A DNA stretch of 25,771 nucleotides from Pseudomonadota bacterium. Lineage in GTDB: Bacteria > BMS3Abin14. A program made the position numbers and the translations under genes. Numbering within the stretch: the stretch's first letter is position 1; every line of letters begins with the position of its first letter. The stretch spans positions 1 to 25,771 of the forward strand of contig QIFJ01000285.1 of the NCBI GenBank assembly GCA_003229755.1, given 5' to 3'. The notes below the pieces were generated by a model that saw only the letters and a program-made list of their open reading frames with translations, made no database searches and was not told where the DNA came from. Below, one piece after another: positions 7,997 through 19,121 of the stretch.

Positions 7997-8088
7997 GGTG
8001 TTTCCTCCTGCTATTTCTATCCCACGTTATAGGGGTTTTCTTTTTGGTCATCTGTAACCTGTGTGCCTGCAAAATAAAAAGGAACGAG

Positions 8089-8119
8089 ATTATATAACAG
8101 AGAAATTTAGGTTATTCAA
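8089..8119 (-). promoter_or_regulatory. Putative sigma70 promoter of the rpmH-rnpA-yidD-yidC operon
   Basis: TTGAAT, 17 nt, then TATATA with an upstream TG (extended -10); TATAAT overlaps it. Confidence 0.65.
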
Positions 8120-8317
8120 GGATATAGTATAGCCCTTTGGTAGAGGTAGGAGGATGAAAATTAATAAGTTGATAGTTGTTGGTTGCTGGTTTGCTTGGAA
8201 CTTGGAACTCCACACTTAAGCGTGGCTTGCTGACTACAAGATGCTGTGCTTTCAAATCGGTCACCCACTATGAAACGAAAAAAGTTTAATTTTGCAGCCC
8301 GAATCACTCAATTTCGC

Positions 8318-8347
8318 TTGCCCAAATCTGAACCCATCTGATATACA
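8318..8347 (+). promoter_or_regulatory. Putative sigma70 promoter upstream of the dnaA leader
   Basis: TTGCCC, 18 nt, then TATACA with an extended -10 TG at 8339-8340. Confidence 0.5.
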
Positions 8348-8348
8348 G

Positions 8349-8461
8349 AACCTTACCCCTACTGAGGAGGGTGCCGGGAGGAATCCAGGATGCCGAAGTC
8401 GGCAGTTGGGTCCGGCTGGCCGGCGGTGAGAGCAACCTCTCTCCACGACTGCCAAAAGGTT
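8349..8461 (+). ncRNA. Candidate structured RNA in the dnaA leader (family not recognised)
   Basis: GC-rich block in an AT-rich spacer with several helices: AACCTT/AAGGTT, TGCCG-AAGT-CGGCA, GGCAGT/ACTGCC, GAGAG-CAAC-CTCTC. Confidence 0.35.
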
Positions 8462-8583
8462 TTAAGTTACCGATAAATCATTTTTTTTTACTATCATTCC
8501 ACAAATCTACAGGTGTCGGTGACAATGCCCCTCAGGTAGTCGTTATAAAGCCGTAAATTACTATTATTTAAAGTGTTTTTAGC

Positions 8584-8615
8584 CTTTCCACACCTGTGGA
8601 AAACCCTGTGTGTAA
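8584..8615. promoter_or_regulatory. Cluster of three DnaA boxes upstream of dnaA
   Basis: CTTTCCACA (8584-8592, 1 mismatch), TGTGGAAAA (8595-8603, perfect TTWTNCACA on the minus strand), TGTGTGTAA (8607-8615, 1 mismatch). Confidence 0.8.
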
Positions 8616-8672
8616 GTAAAGAGCGTACAGACATCGTTCTGTCGGCTCAAAACCTTTGGAATTGAACGGAAA

Positions 8673-10034
8673 ATGCCTGCTGCCGATTTGTGGAATAGAG
8701 TTCTCGACTCTCTTGAGGACGAGGTAAACGCTCACATATATAACACCTGGTTCGGTCCCCTCGAGCCTAAATCCCTGGATAACAAGAACCTGGTTCTGGA
8801 GGCACCTCATTCTTTCATCCGTGACTGGATAGAGGAAAACTATATAACCACTATGACAAAATCGGTTCAGTCCCTGTCCGGCAAGAAACTGGCTGTTAAG
8901 ATAGTTGTCGGGGGTGGGGCCATAAACGAGCCTGGGGTAGCTGAACCCGAACCCACAGAGGATACAGCGATCACCCACCCTTCCGAATATCACAATGCAA
9001 AGTCAAACAATAGAAGCCTGAATCCAAAATATACCTTTGACTCCTTTGTCGTGGGTTCCTCGAACCAGTTTGCCCATGCAGCTGCTATGGCGGTCGCAGA
9101 GCACCCTGCAAGGTCTTACAATCCTCTTTTTGTTTACGGAGGTGTCGGTCTCGGGAAAACCCACCTCATGCACGCCATTGGACATCACGTATTGAAACAC
9201 GACCCCTCTTCCAAGCTCTGTTACCTGTCCTCGGAAAGATTCATGAACGACCTGATAAACTCTCTGAGGTTTGACCGCATGGTTCAGTTCAGAGAGATGT
9301 ACAGGAACATGGATGTTTTGTTGGTAGACGATATTCAGTTCATAGCCGGGAAGGAAAGAACCCAGGAGGAATTCTTCCACACCTTTAATACTCTCTTTGA
9401 TTCTCACAAACAGATAGTGGTTTCATCTGATAAGTTCCCAAAAGAGATCCCCGACCTGGAAGAGCGCCTGCGCTCCCGTTTTGAATGGGGTCTTGTAGCG
9501 GACATACAACCTCCGGACCTGGAAACAAAAGTTGCCATCCTGGAGAAAAAAGCAGAGCTTTCCGGCATCTCTCTTCCGAAGCAGGTCTCTCTTTTCATGG
9601 CGGAAAACACAACGTCCAACATCAGGGAGCTCGAAGGTTACCTGCTGCGGGTTGTTGCCTTTGCCACCATCAAGAAAGCAAAATTTATAACCATGGAGTT
9701 GGTCGAGGAAGCCCTGAAAAACTTCATCGACCAGAAACAGAAGATCATTACTGTGGACCAGATACAGAAAGAGGTTGCCGGTTTTTACAACCTCAAGATA
9801 AGCGACCTGAAATCCAAAAAGAAAAACAAAGCCCTCATCCTGCCGCGGCACGGAGCCATGTTCCTTACTCGGCGCCTTACCGATCTCTCTCTTCCTGAGA
9901 TCGGTAGACAGTTCGGGGGAAGGGATCATACTACTGTTATGCATGCCCTGCAAAAGGTGGAAAACATACTCGGGAACGACCCTGGTTATGAGAGGACAAT
10001 GGATACCCTCACCAGGAAGATCGAAGACCTATAA
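8673..10034 (+). CDS. dnaA: Chromosomal replication initiator DnaA
   Basis: LNPKYTFDSFVVGSSN, YNPLFVYGGVGLGKTHL, LLVDDIQF, TQEEFFHTFN, LRSRFEWGL, NIRELEG, SLPEIGRQFGGRDHTTVMHA. Confidence 0.99.
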   Translation: MPAADLWNRVLDSLEDEVNAHIYNTWFGPLEPKSLDNKNLVLEAPHSFIRDWIEENYITTMTKSVQSLSGKKLAVKIVVGGGAINEPGVAEPEPTEDTAITHPSEYHNAKSNNRSLNPKYTFDSFVVGSSNQFAHAAAMAVAEHPARSYNPLFVYGGVGLGKTHLMHAIGHHVLKHDPSSKLCYLSSERFMNDLINSLRFDRMVQFREMYRNMDVLLVDDIQFIAGKERTQEEFFHTFNTLFDSHKQIVVSSDKFPKEIPDLEERLRSRFEWGLVADIQPPDLETKVAILEKKAELSGISLPKQVSLFMAENTTSNIRELEGYLLRVVAFATIKKAKFITMELVEEALKNFIDQKQKIITVDQIQKEVAGFYNLKISDLKSKKKNKALILPRHGAMFLTRRLTDLSLPEIGRQFGGRDHTTVMHALQKVENILGNDPGYERTMDTLTRKIEDL

Positions 10035-10263
10035 GTCTTCTTCTCTTTGGTGAAAAGTTGTTGTTAACCCACTGGATAAGTCTATGGAAAGATTTGTAGA
10101 AAAATATTGTCATGGTGTTTCTGTGGATTAATAAAATATATCCTCATATTCTCCCACAGAATCATCCACACCTGTTTTTCTTTACTTCCGAACATTTATA
10201 GACATTTCCCCGGAATACACAGTTACTTCTTTACCTACTACTATATTTTATTTATAATTAAAA
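10035..10263. other. oriC (dnaA-dnaN part): DnaA boxes, DnaA-trios and AT-rich unwinding element
   Basis: Box-like 9-mers TGTAGAAAA 10095-10103, TGTGGATTA 10122-10130 and TCATCCACA 10162-10170 (1 mismatch each), plus weaker ones. GAATACACA 10213-10221 is followed by TTACTTCTTTACCTACTACTATA and an almost pure A/T run to 10263. Gene orientation switches in this region. Confidence 0.85.
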
Positions 10264-10505
10264 GAAGTGTTAAGTGACACTTACGGTGAGAAGCAGCTTT
10301 CGAAAAATCACACCATTATCATGAGCACCGTTTGTGCTGCGACAGAGCAACAGCGGGACAATTATTCTCTCACACAAAAGCTCGAAGAATTTATTTCAAG
10401 TAAATGATATATCATCGAAGACATACAGCACTGTCAGGGTGTGTTTGTATTATCGAAGCAGGGGGCCGACTCTGATGTTTATAAACCAAGAACAGGAGGT
10501 CTGTA

Positions 10506-11624
10506 GTGTTAGCGTTCTCAGTAAATAGGGAAGATTTTCTCCGGGGCCTGTCCCGCGTACAAAATATCGTTGAGAGAAAGAATACGGTTCCTATTCTCAG
10601 CAACGTTTTGTTGGACGGGACAGGGAAAAAGCTCAAATTGCTGGCGACAGACATGGAGGTTGGTCTTTCGGGATACATTGAGGCAGCCACAAAAAGCGAG
10701 GGTGCCGTAACCATTTCGGCGCGAAAGCTGTTTGAAATAATAAAAGAGCTTCCGACGGAGTCTGAAATTACGCTGCAGGTTAAGGAAGATAACGTATCAC
10801 AAATAACTTGCGGTACCTCCTCTTTTGAACTGAAGGGTCTGCCAGCTCAGGATTTTCCAAATCTTCCGGGTTATGAAGACTCTAATTTCTTTTTCCTCGA
10901 TTCCATGGTTTTCAAGGAGATGATAAGGAAAACAATTTACGCGGCATCTACAGATGAGACCAGATACAACCTCACAGGGATACTTTTTTCCATGGAGGAG
11001 GATTCCGGCAAGGGGTTTGTCCGCATGGTGGCAACGGATGGTCACAGACTTGCAATGGTGATCAGGGAGGCCAATGGAAAGATCCGGCCAGGTGAGAGCG
11101 TTGTAATACCCAGGAAATCACTTAACGAGGTTAAACGCCTGCTGGACGAGGGAGACGGTGATATAGAGCTTGACTTCGCAAAACAGCACGGCGTTTTCAG
11201 GAAAAACTCAACAGTGCTTACAACGCGCCTTATAGATATGTCGTTCCCCAGCTATCAACAGGTGGTCCCGAAGGGTGACATGAGCGCTGCTATAGTTTCA
11301 AGGAAAGCCCTTACATCAGCCATTCGAAGGGTGGCCCTTTTGTCATCTGAAAGATCCCGTGCGGTCAAGTTCTCCTTTTCCGGAACATTGCTTACAATCC
11401 ATACCAACAACCCGGACCTGGGAGCGGCAACAGAATCGGTGCCGATCCAATACGACGGCGACGATATGGAAATAACCTTCAATGCCAAGTACATGCTTGA
11501 CACACTCGGGACAATGGATGCAGACGACATTACCGTAAATCTTTCTGATGAGCTAAGCCCTTGCCTGATAACCCAAAAGGAAGACGAAGGATACATAGCG
11601 GTTATCATGCCTATGCGCGTCTGA
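10506..11624 (+). CDS. dnaN: DNA polymerase III beta sliding clamp
   Basis: TVPILSNVLL, LLATDME, YAASTDETRYNLTGI, MVATDGHRLA, FPSYQQVVP, FNAKYMLD, VIMPMRV; AGGAGG RBS and GTG start. Confidence 0.98.
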   Translation: MLAFSVNREDFLRGLSRVQNIVERKNTVPILSNVLLDGTGKKLKLLATDMEVGLSGYIEAATKSEGAVTISARKLFEIIKELPTESEITLQVKEDNVSQITCGTSSFELKGLPAQDFPNLPGYEDSNFFFLDSMVFKEMIRKTIYAASTDETRYNLTGILFSMEEDSGKGFVRMVATDGHRLAMVIREANGKIRPGESVVIPRKSLNEVKRLLDEGDGDIELDFAKQHGVFRKNSTVLTTRLIDMSFPSYQQVVPKGDMSAAIVSRKALTSAIRRVALLSSERSRAVKFSFSGTLLTIHTNNPDLGAATESVPIQYDGDDMEITFNAKYMLDTLGTMDADDITVNLSDELSPCLITQKEDEGYIAVIMPMRV

Positions 11625-11626
11625 GT

Positions 11627-12742
11627 ATGAAGCTTCTCTGGACCGAACTGGACCGATTCAGGAATCTGAAAAAACAGAAGGTTTATCTTCATCCCCGCTT
11701 CAACCTGCTTGTTGGAGGGAATGGTCAGGGCAAGACCAACTTTTTAGAGGCGGTCGGATATCTGGGAACCCTCAAATCCTTCAAGTCAGCGAGTAGGTCA
11801 GAAATGATCGAACATGGTGCCGACATGTGCAGAGTGACCGGCAGATTTGAAAACACACTGACAGGTTGGACAGCCTCTTTCTCACTGGCGCACGATAGCC
11901 GCGATCAGTTTCTTGACGAGAAGAAGATACCATCTCCTGATGAGTACCTGAGGTGGTCGGGAATTGTGAGTTTTATTCCGGAGGATGTAGGTCTGGTCTC
12001 AGGAAGCCCGTCGTCGAGGAGAAAAGCTATTGACAGGGCAATTTTTCAGAAGACGGATGGATACGCTGCTGAATACAGAAAGTTTCTGAGGGTTCTGAGA
12101 AACAGGAATGCGCTCTTAAGGAACCCAGGCGCCTCGAAAGAAGAGTGGAAAAGCTGGACAAGATCCCTTTCCGGCGCTGCCTCCGTGATCATCAAACACA
12201 GAGTCGGACTTCTTTCAGAGATCAACCCTCACATGGAGCGCATCGGCAAAGAGTTGGGCCTTGACGGAAAGCTCAGCCTGGACTACCTTCCCACCTTTTG
12301 CCTGGAGAGCAACGCTTCGAAAGAGGATATTACAGAAGCTCTTGACAAAGGTTTTATGGATGCGAAGACGCGCGACATGGAAGCCTGCCATACTACGGTC
12401 GGACCACACAGGGATGATATAAGTTTTTTTCTTGGTGGACAGAGCCTGGCAAGGTACGGTTCCCAGGGACAGAAGAGAGCCGCCGTTCTCGCTTTTAAAC
12501 TGTCCGTTGCCAAGACCCTGAAAGACAAGCGGGGCAGCTACCCGTTGGTGCTGTTAGATGACGTTGCCTCTGAGCTGGACGAGACAAGAAGAAGGGCCCT
12601 GGGTTCATTGATCACGGAAATAGATGCCCAGTTTGTTGTCACCACGACTGGCGATGACTATATGTTTCTGTCTGACCGCAAGGGATGCGTTATGACGGTA
12701 AAAGACGGGAAAATAGAAAAAATTGGGAACAAGGGAGATTAA
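11627..12742 (+). CDS. recF: DNA replication/repair protein RecF
   Basis: Walker A GGNGQGKTNFLEAV, TTVGPHRDD, GSQGQKR, LLDDVASELD. Start set at ATG 11627, just after the dnaN stop. Confidence 0.96.
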   Translation: MKLLWTELDRFRNLKKQKVYLHPRFNLLVGGNGQGKTNFLEAVGYLGTLKSFKSASRSEMIEHGADMCRVTGRFENTLTGWTASFSLAHDSRDQFLDEKKIPSPDEYLRWSGIVSFIPEDVGLVSGSPSSRRKAIDRAIFQKTDGYAAEYRKFLRVLRNRNALLRNPGASKEEWKSWTRSLSGAASVIIKHRVGLLSEINPHMERIGKELGLDGKLSLDYLPTFCLESNASKEDITEALDKGFMDAKTRDMEACHTTVGPHRDDISFFLGGQSLARYGSQGQKRAAVLAFKLSVAKTLKDKRGSYPLVLLDDVASELDETRRRALGSLITEIDAQFVVTTTGDDYMFLSDRKGCVMTVKDGKIEKIGNKGD

Positions 12743-15313
<2,571 letters not shown>

Positions 15314-15322
15314 TAATATCTA

Positions 15323-15434
15323 AATTTCAGTTCCGAGTTTCGGGTTTCTAGTTTCCAGTAAATTAAATACCTGGCTAATACATTTCCGCTTGAGTCTGGG
15401 GTTGCTAGAAACTAGAAATTAGAAACTAGAAACC
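15323..15434. repeat. Two inverted heptamer arrays (GTTTCTA-type and TAGAAAC-type) between gyrB and gyrA
   Basis: TTTCAGTTCCGAGTTTCGGGTTTCTAGTTTCCAG (about 15325-15358) and CTAGAAACTAGAAATTAGAAACTAGAAACC (15405-15434). Confidence 0.8.
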
Positions 15435-15443
15435 AGGTAAAAT

Positions 15444-17951
15444 ATGACCGATCTTTTGCAACCGATCAGCGCTCCCATAAATCAAGTAAATATCGAAGAC
15501 GAGATGAAAAACTCGTACATGGATTACGCCATGAGCGTGATCGTGGGAAGGGCGCTTCCCGACGTGAGGGATGGCCTAAAGCCTGTTCACCGGCGGACCC
15601 TGTTTGCCATGCACGAACTCGGCAACGCGTACAACAAACCCTACAAGAAGTCAGCGCGTATTGTTGGAGATGTCATAGGAAAATACCATCCCCACGGGGA
15701 TACAGCCGTTTATGACACTATAGTTCGTATGGCTCAGGACTTTTCTCTAAGGTACCTGTTGGTAGATGGTCAGGGTAATTTCGGGTCCGTTGACGGCGAT
15801 GCCGCGGCGGCCATGCGGTACACCGAGATACGTATGGGGCGCGTGGCAGGAGAGCTGCTGCAGGACATAGAAAAAGATACCGTTGAGTTCGGACCCAACT
15901 ACGACGATACCCTTACCGAACCCCTGGTCATGCCGGCTCGGTTTCCGAACCTCTTGGCCAACGGCACATCCGGAATCGCCGTGGGCATGGCGACGAATAT
16001 ACCACCCCACAACCTGACAGAACTTATCGAAACCTGCATCCTCCTGATAAAGAACCCCTCGTCCACGATCGATGACATTATGAAGATAATGCCGGGCCCC
16101 GATTTTCCTACAGGCGGCTTCATCTATGGAACCAAGGGAATAAGGGATGCGTACTCCACCGGCCGCGGTCATATACAGGTGCGAGCGAGGACCGTTATAG
16201 AGCGGCAGGAAAAGGGTAAGACCCGGATAGTCGTTACAGAACTTCCCTATCAGGTAAACAAGGCCAGGCTTGCCGAGAAGATCGCGGAGCTGGTCAAGGA
16301 AAAGAGGTTAGAGGGCATTGCCGACCTGAGGGACGAGTCCGACAGGGACGGCATGAGGCTGGTGATTGAAATAAAACGCGACGAGATCGCGGAGGTCCTG
16401 TTAAACCAGCTCTATTCCATGACCCAGATGAAAACAACCTTCGGCGTCCAGATGCTGGCGATCCACAGGAACCAACCGCTTCTTGCTGACATAAAGACCC
16501 TCCTCGGCCACTTCATCGATTTCAGGGTGGAGGTGGTAACGAGAAGGACCCGGTTCGAGCTTGACAAAGCCGAGGAGCGCGCCCACGTACTGGAGGGGCT
16601 CAAAGTTGCCCTGGACAACATCGATGCAGTTGTCAGGCTCATAAACAAATCAGCAGACGTGCCCGCTGCACGAGCCGGCCTGATCGAGAAGTTCGGCCTG
16701 TCAAAACAGCAGGCAAACGCGATACTGGAGATGCGCCTGTCCCGGTTGACAGGTCTTGAAAGGGAAAAGATAGACGAGGAACTCAAAGCCATAAAGAAGG
16801 AAATAAGGCGCCTCAAGGGGATTCTGGCTGACGAGGAGAAACTTTTTGCCGTGATCGTTGAAGAGCTTACCGAAATAAAGGAAAGGTACGGCGACGAACG
16901 GCGCACCGAGATCGTCAAGGAAACGGAGGAGCTGTCTTTAGAAGATCTCATCGTTGATGAGGAGATGCTTGTTACTGTTTCCCACGAAAGCTACCTTAAA
17001 AGAACCTCCACGAGGCTATACCGGAGCCAGCACCGTGGAGGCAAGGGGCTTACCGGCTTGGCCATGAAGGACAAGGATTTTGCCGAACACATCTTCGTGG
17101 CGACGAATCACAACTACATCCTTTTCTTCACCGACCGGGGAAGGGTCCACTGGCTCAAGGTTCACAAGATCCCCCAGCTTGGAAGGACTGCACGGGGCAA
17201 GCCCATCGTTAACATGCTCGACTTGGAGGACAAAGAGCAGGTAACAGCTTTCCTGCCCATAAAAGAGTTTTCCGATGACCTGTACGTTGTCATGGGAACG
17301 GAAAAGGGAGTTGTTAAGAAGACAGTCCTTTCTGCATTCGCCAACCCTCGCTTATCGGGGATCATCGCCATATCCCTGGACAAAAATGACCGTCTTATAA
17401 ATACAGCTATTACAGATGGCACAAAAGATCTGCTGATCTCCACATTCAAAGGCCAGGGAATCCGCTTCCATGAATCCGACGTGAGGCCCATGGGCAGGAC
17501 TGCCCGGGGAGTGCGGGGGATCAGGCTGGAAAAGGGAGACAGGGCTGTGGGTATGGAGGTAGTGAACGACACAGCCTACCTGCTTACCGTAACGGAAAAA
17601 GGGTTCGGAAAGCGTACAGCCATGAAGGATTACAACCCCATCAAGCGCGGCGGCAAGGGGGTACGCTCGGTGAGAGTCGTCTCCAAAGTGGGGAAACTGG
17701 TGGGCATCCTCCAGGTAGGATCCGAAGAGGAGATCATGGCTATTACCGACGCCGGGCGGCTGATCCGGATACCCGTGAATGGTATCTCCATTTATGGACG
17801 GAACTCCCAGGGCGTTAAGCTGATCGACATGACCGACACCAAAGAAAAGGTTGTTTCTGTGGCTCTTATCCAGGAGCCTGAAGCAGCTGCGGAAGGGGAC
17901 GCCACGGAAGGGGACGCCACGGAAGGGGAAGCCACGGAAGGGGAAGCTTGA
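15444..17951 (+). CDS. gyrA: DNA gyrase subunit A
   Basis: [28 protein letters not shown], catalytic AAAMRYTE, GyrA-box QHRGGKG, beta-pinwheel repeats, acidic tail. Confidence 0.99.
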   Translation: MTDLLQPISAPINQVNIEDEMKNSYMDYAMSVIVGRALPDVRDGLKPVHRRTLFAMHELGNAYNKPYKKSARIVGDVIGKYHPHGDTAVYDTIVRMAQDFSLRYLLVDGQGNFGSVDGDAAAAMRYTEIRMGRVAGELLQDIEKDTVEFGPNYDDTLTEPLVMPARFPNLLANGTSGIAVGMATNIPPHNLTELIETCILLIKNPSSTIDDIMKIMPGPDFPTGGFIYGTKGIRDAYSTGRGHIQVRARTVIERQEKGKTRIVVTELPYQVNKARLAEKIAELVKEKRLEGIADLRDESDRDGMRLVIEIKRDEIAEVLLNQLYSMTQMKTTFGVQMLAIHRNQPLLADIKTLLGHFIDFRVEVVTRRTRFELDKAEERAHVLEGLKVALDNIDAVVRLINKSADVPAARAGLIEKFGLSKQQANAILEMRLSRLTGLEREKIDEELKAIKKEIRRLKGILADEEKLFAVIVEELTEIKERYGDERRTEIVKETEELSLEDLIVDEEMLVTVSHESYLKRTSTRLYRSQHRGGKGLTGLAMKDKDFAEHIFVATNHNYILFFTDRGRVHWLKVHKIPQLGRTARGKPIVNMLDLEDKEQVTAFLPIKEFSDDLYVVMGTEKGVVKKTVLSAFANPRLSGIIAISLDKNDRLINTAITDGTKDLLISTFKGQGIRFHESDVRPMGRTARGVRGIRLEKGDRAVGMEVVNDTAYLLTVTEKGFGKRTAMKDYNPIKRGGKGVRSVRVVSKVGKLVGILQVGSEEEIMAITDAGRLIRIPVNGISIYGRNSQGVKLIDMTDTKEKVVSVALIQEPEAAAEGDATEGDATEGEATEGEA
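17891..17947 (+). repeat. In-frame 15-bp tandem repeat encoding the GyrA acidic tail
   Basis: GGAAGGGGACGCCAC x2, GGAAGGGGAAGCCAC, then a partial unit; encodes [19 protein letters not shown]. Confidence 0.9.
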
Positions 17952-18745
17952 AGAGAGCCTTCGCAAGACTCTTTCTTCTGATCGCTTGTCTAACTATCAT
18001 TTTTTCCTGCAGCGGCGGTGAGGAAGCGGAGCTTTCCAGCCGGGCAATGGCGGCCCTGGACGCGAACCAGCCTGGTGTGGCCGTGTCCATCCTCACGGAT
18101 ATTCTTGTAAAATATCCGAAGTCCAAACAGGTGGAGGAGGCTCTCTTCCAGAGAGCCCTTATCTACTCCCTTTATATGAGTAAATACATGAACGCGATTA
18201 ATGACTATCGCGAACTTCTCAAGCGGTTCCCCAAAGGCGAAAGAGCCATGGAGTCTCAGCTCCAGATAGCCCGGATCTACGAGTTCAAACTGGATAACTG
18301 CGCCAGGGCGATAGTGGAATACTACAGGCTGATAACCGCTTTCGATACAGTAGTTAACGACGACAACCACCAGTACAGGATCGCTGAGTGTTACTATAAG
18401 CTTCTCCAGCTCGAACAGGCCAAGATCGAGTACCGTACCCTCATCGAACGCTACCCCGCATCGGACTTGGTGGATGACTCATATTTCCAGCTCGCGGGTA
18501 TCACACAATCCAAGGGCCAGCTACCGGAAGCCGAACGCGCCTGGAGGAACTTCCTCATCAGGTACCCGGAAGGGGAGCTTTTCCTGGATGCCAAGTTCAA
18601 TCTGGCCGCCACCCTGGAAGAAGAGGAGAAACTCGAAGAGTCCCTTGAGCTTTACCAGGAGATCTTTGATAAGTACGATAACAAGGAGATGGTGAGCTGG
18701 AGAATTGAAAAAGTGCGAGACAGAATTAAATCCAGAGGTAGATAG
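17948..18745 (+). CDS. TPR-repeat lipoprotein (BamD/CpoB-like fold, function uncertain)
   Basis: Signal peptide ending IFSC (Cys21); repeated TPR helices with YP/FP turns; TTG start overlaps the gyrA stop. Confidence 0.8.
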   Translation: MKRAFARLFLLIACLTIIFSCSGGEEAELSSRAMAALDANQPGVAVSILTDILVKYPKSKQVEEALFQRALIYSLYMSKYMNAINDYRELLKRFPKGERAMESQLQIARIYEFKLDNCARAIVEYYRLITAFDTVVNDDNHQYRIAECYYKLLQLEQAKIEYRTLIERYPASDLVDDSYFQLAGITQSKGQLPEAERAWRNFLIRYPEGELFLDAKFNLAATLEEEEKLEESLELYQEIFDKYDNKEMVSWRIEKVRDRIKSRGR

Positions 18746-18756
18746 GCTTATTTTCG

Positions 18757-18900
18757 CCACTGAGGCACGGAGGACACGGAGAAAACCAGAGGGCTTGGTT
18801 CACGCAAAGGCGCAAAGCTCGCAAAGAAAAGCCTTGATGTGGGTTTCACATAAAGAAATAAGAGCTTTCAACACAGGGTTTCACAGGGGCAGACGGGGGT
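18757..18900. repeat. 8/9-mer tandem arrays (CACGGAGG, CGCAAAGG types), left flank of the accessory segment
   Basis: CCACTGAGGCACGGAGGACACGGAGA (18757-18782); CACGCAAAGGCGCAAAGCTCGCAAAG (about 18801-18826). Confidence 0.8.
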
Positions 18901-19045
18901 ACATACCGCACACAAAGAGAGTAAGGATATTGGGGCAATTGCTTTGCATAACACCATGTTCACACGTACCAACTCAAGAGTACACCAATAAAAATCAAAT
19001 TATCCGCACGCAAACCCCTAATAACATTAAACAATTGGCGATATA

Positions 19046-19099
19046 TACAATTTACTCAAAGTATTGAGTAAATTTACTCACTCTGTTGAGTAAATTGTA
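19046..19099. promoter_or_regulatory. Tandem overlapping palindromes AATTTACTCA-N6-TGAGTAAATT
   Basis: Copy 1 at 19049-19074 and copy 2 at 19071-19096, 22-bp period, 22 nt before the ATPase start codon. Function inferred. Confidence 0.7.
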
Positions 19100-19121
19100 A
19101 TGCTGTGGTAAGGTTCAGTAC

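Noticed and set aside
8154-8219. 21-codon ORF MKINKLIVVGCWFAWNLELHT after a purine-rich SD-like tract
   Set aside because: It is mostly heptamer repeat sequence, and AGGAGG abuts the ATG; no support for coding.
8362-8398. Hammerhead-like CUGANGA followed by a stem
   Set aside because: The next core segment is GAAG, not GAAA, and no convincing stem III, NUH site or stem I could be built.
9835-9870. DnaA domain IV reads PRHGAMFL instead of the usual PRQIAMYL-type motif
   Set aside because: The key Arg and the RDHTTV signature are intact; without an alignment this is within plausible variation.
11561-11626. ORF-track N-terminal extensions of recF (also tetR 24078-24152 and rsmG 831-860)
   Set aside because: They overlap dnaN, the operator or a repeat. 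Downstream ATGs fit family length, and for tetR a clear RBS.
15690-15720. Thr at the GyrA position equivalent to E. coli Ser83
   Set aside because: Thr is the wild-type residue in several taxa and the Asp87 equivalent is intact; not evidence of acquired quinolone resistance.
18705-19067. 120-aa ORF spanning the TPR gene end and the left repeat arrays
   Set aside because: Repeat-derived sequence (ATEARRTRR, HAKAQSSQR) with no RBS or domain evidence.
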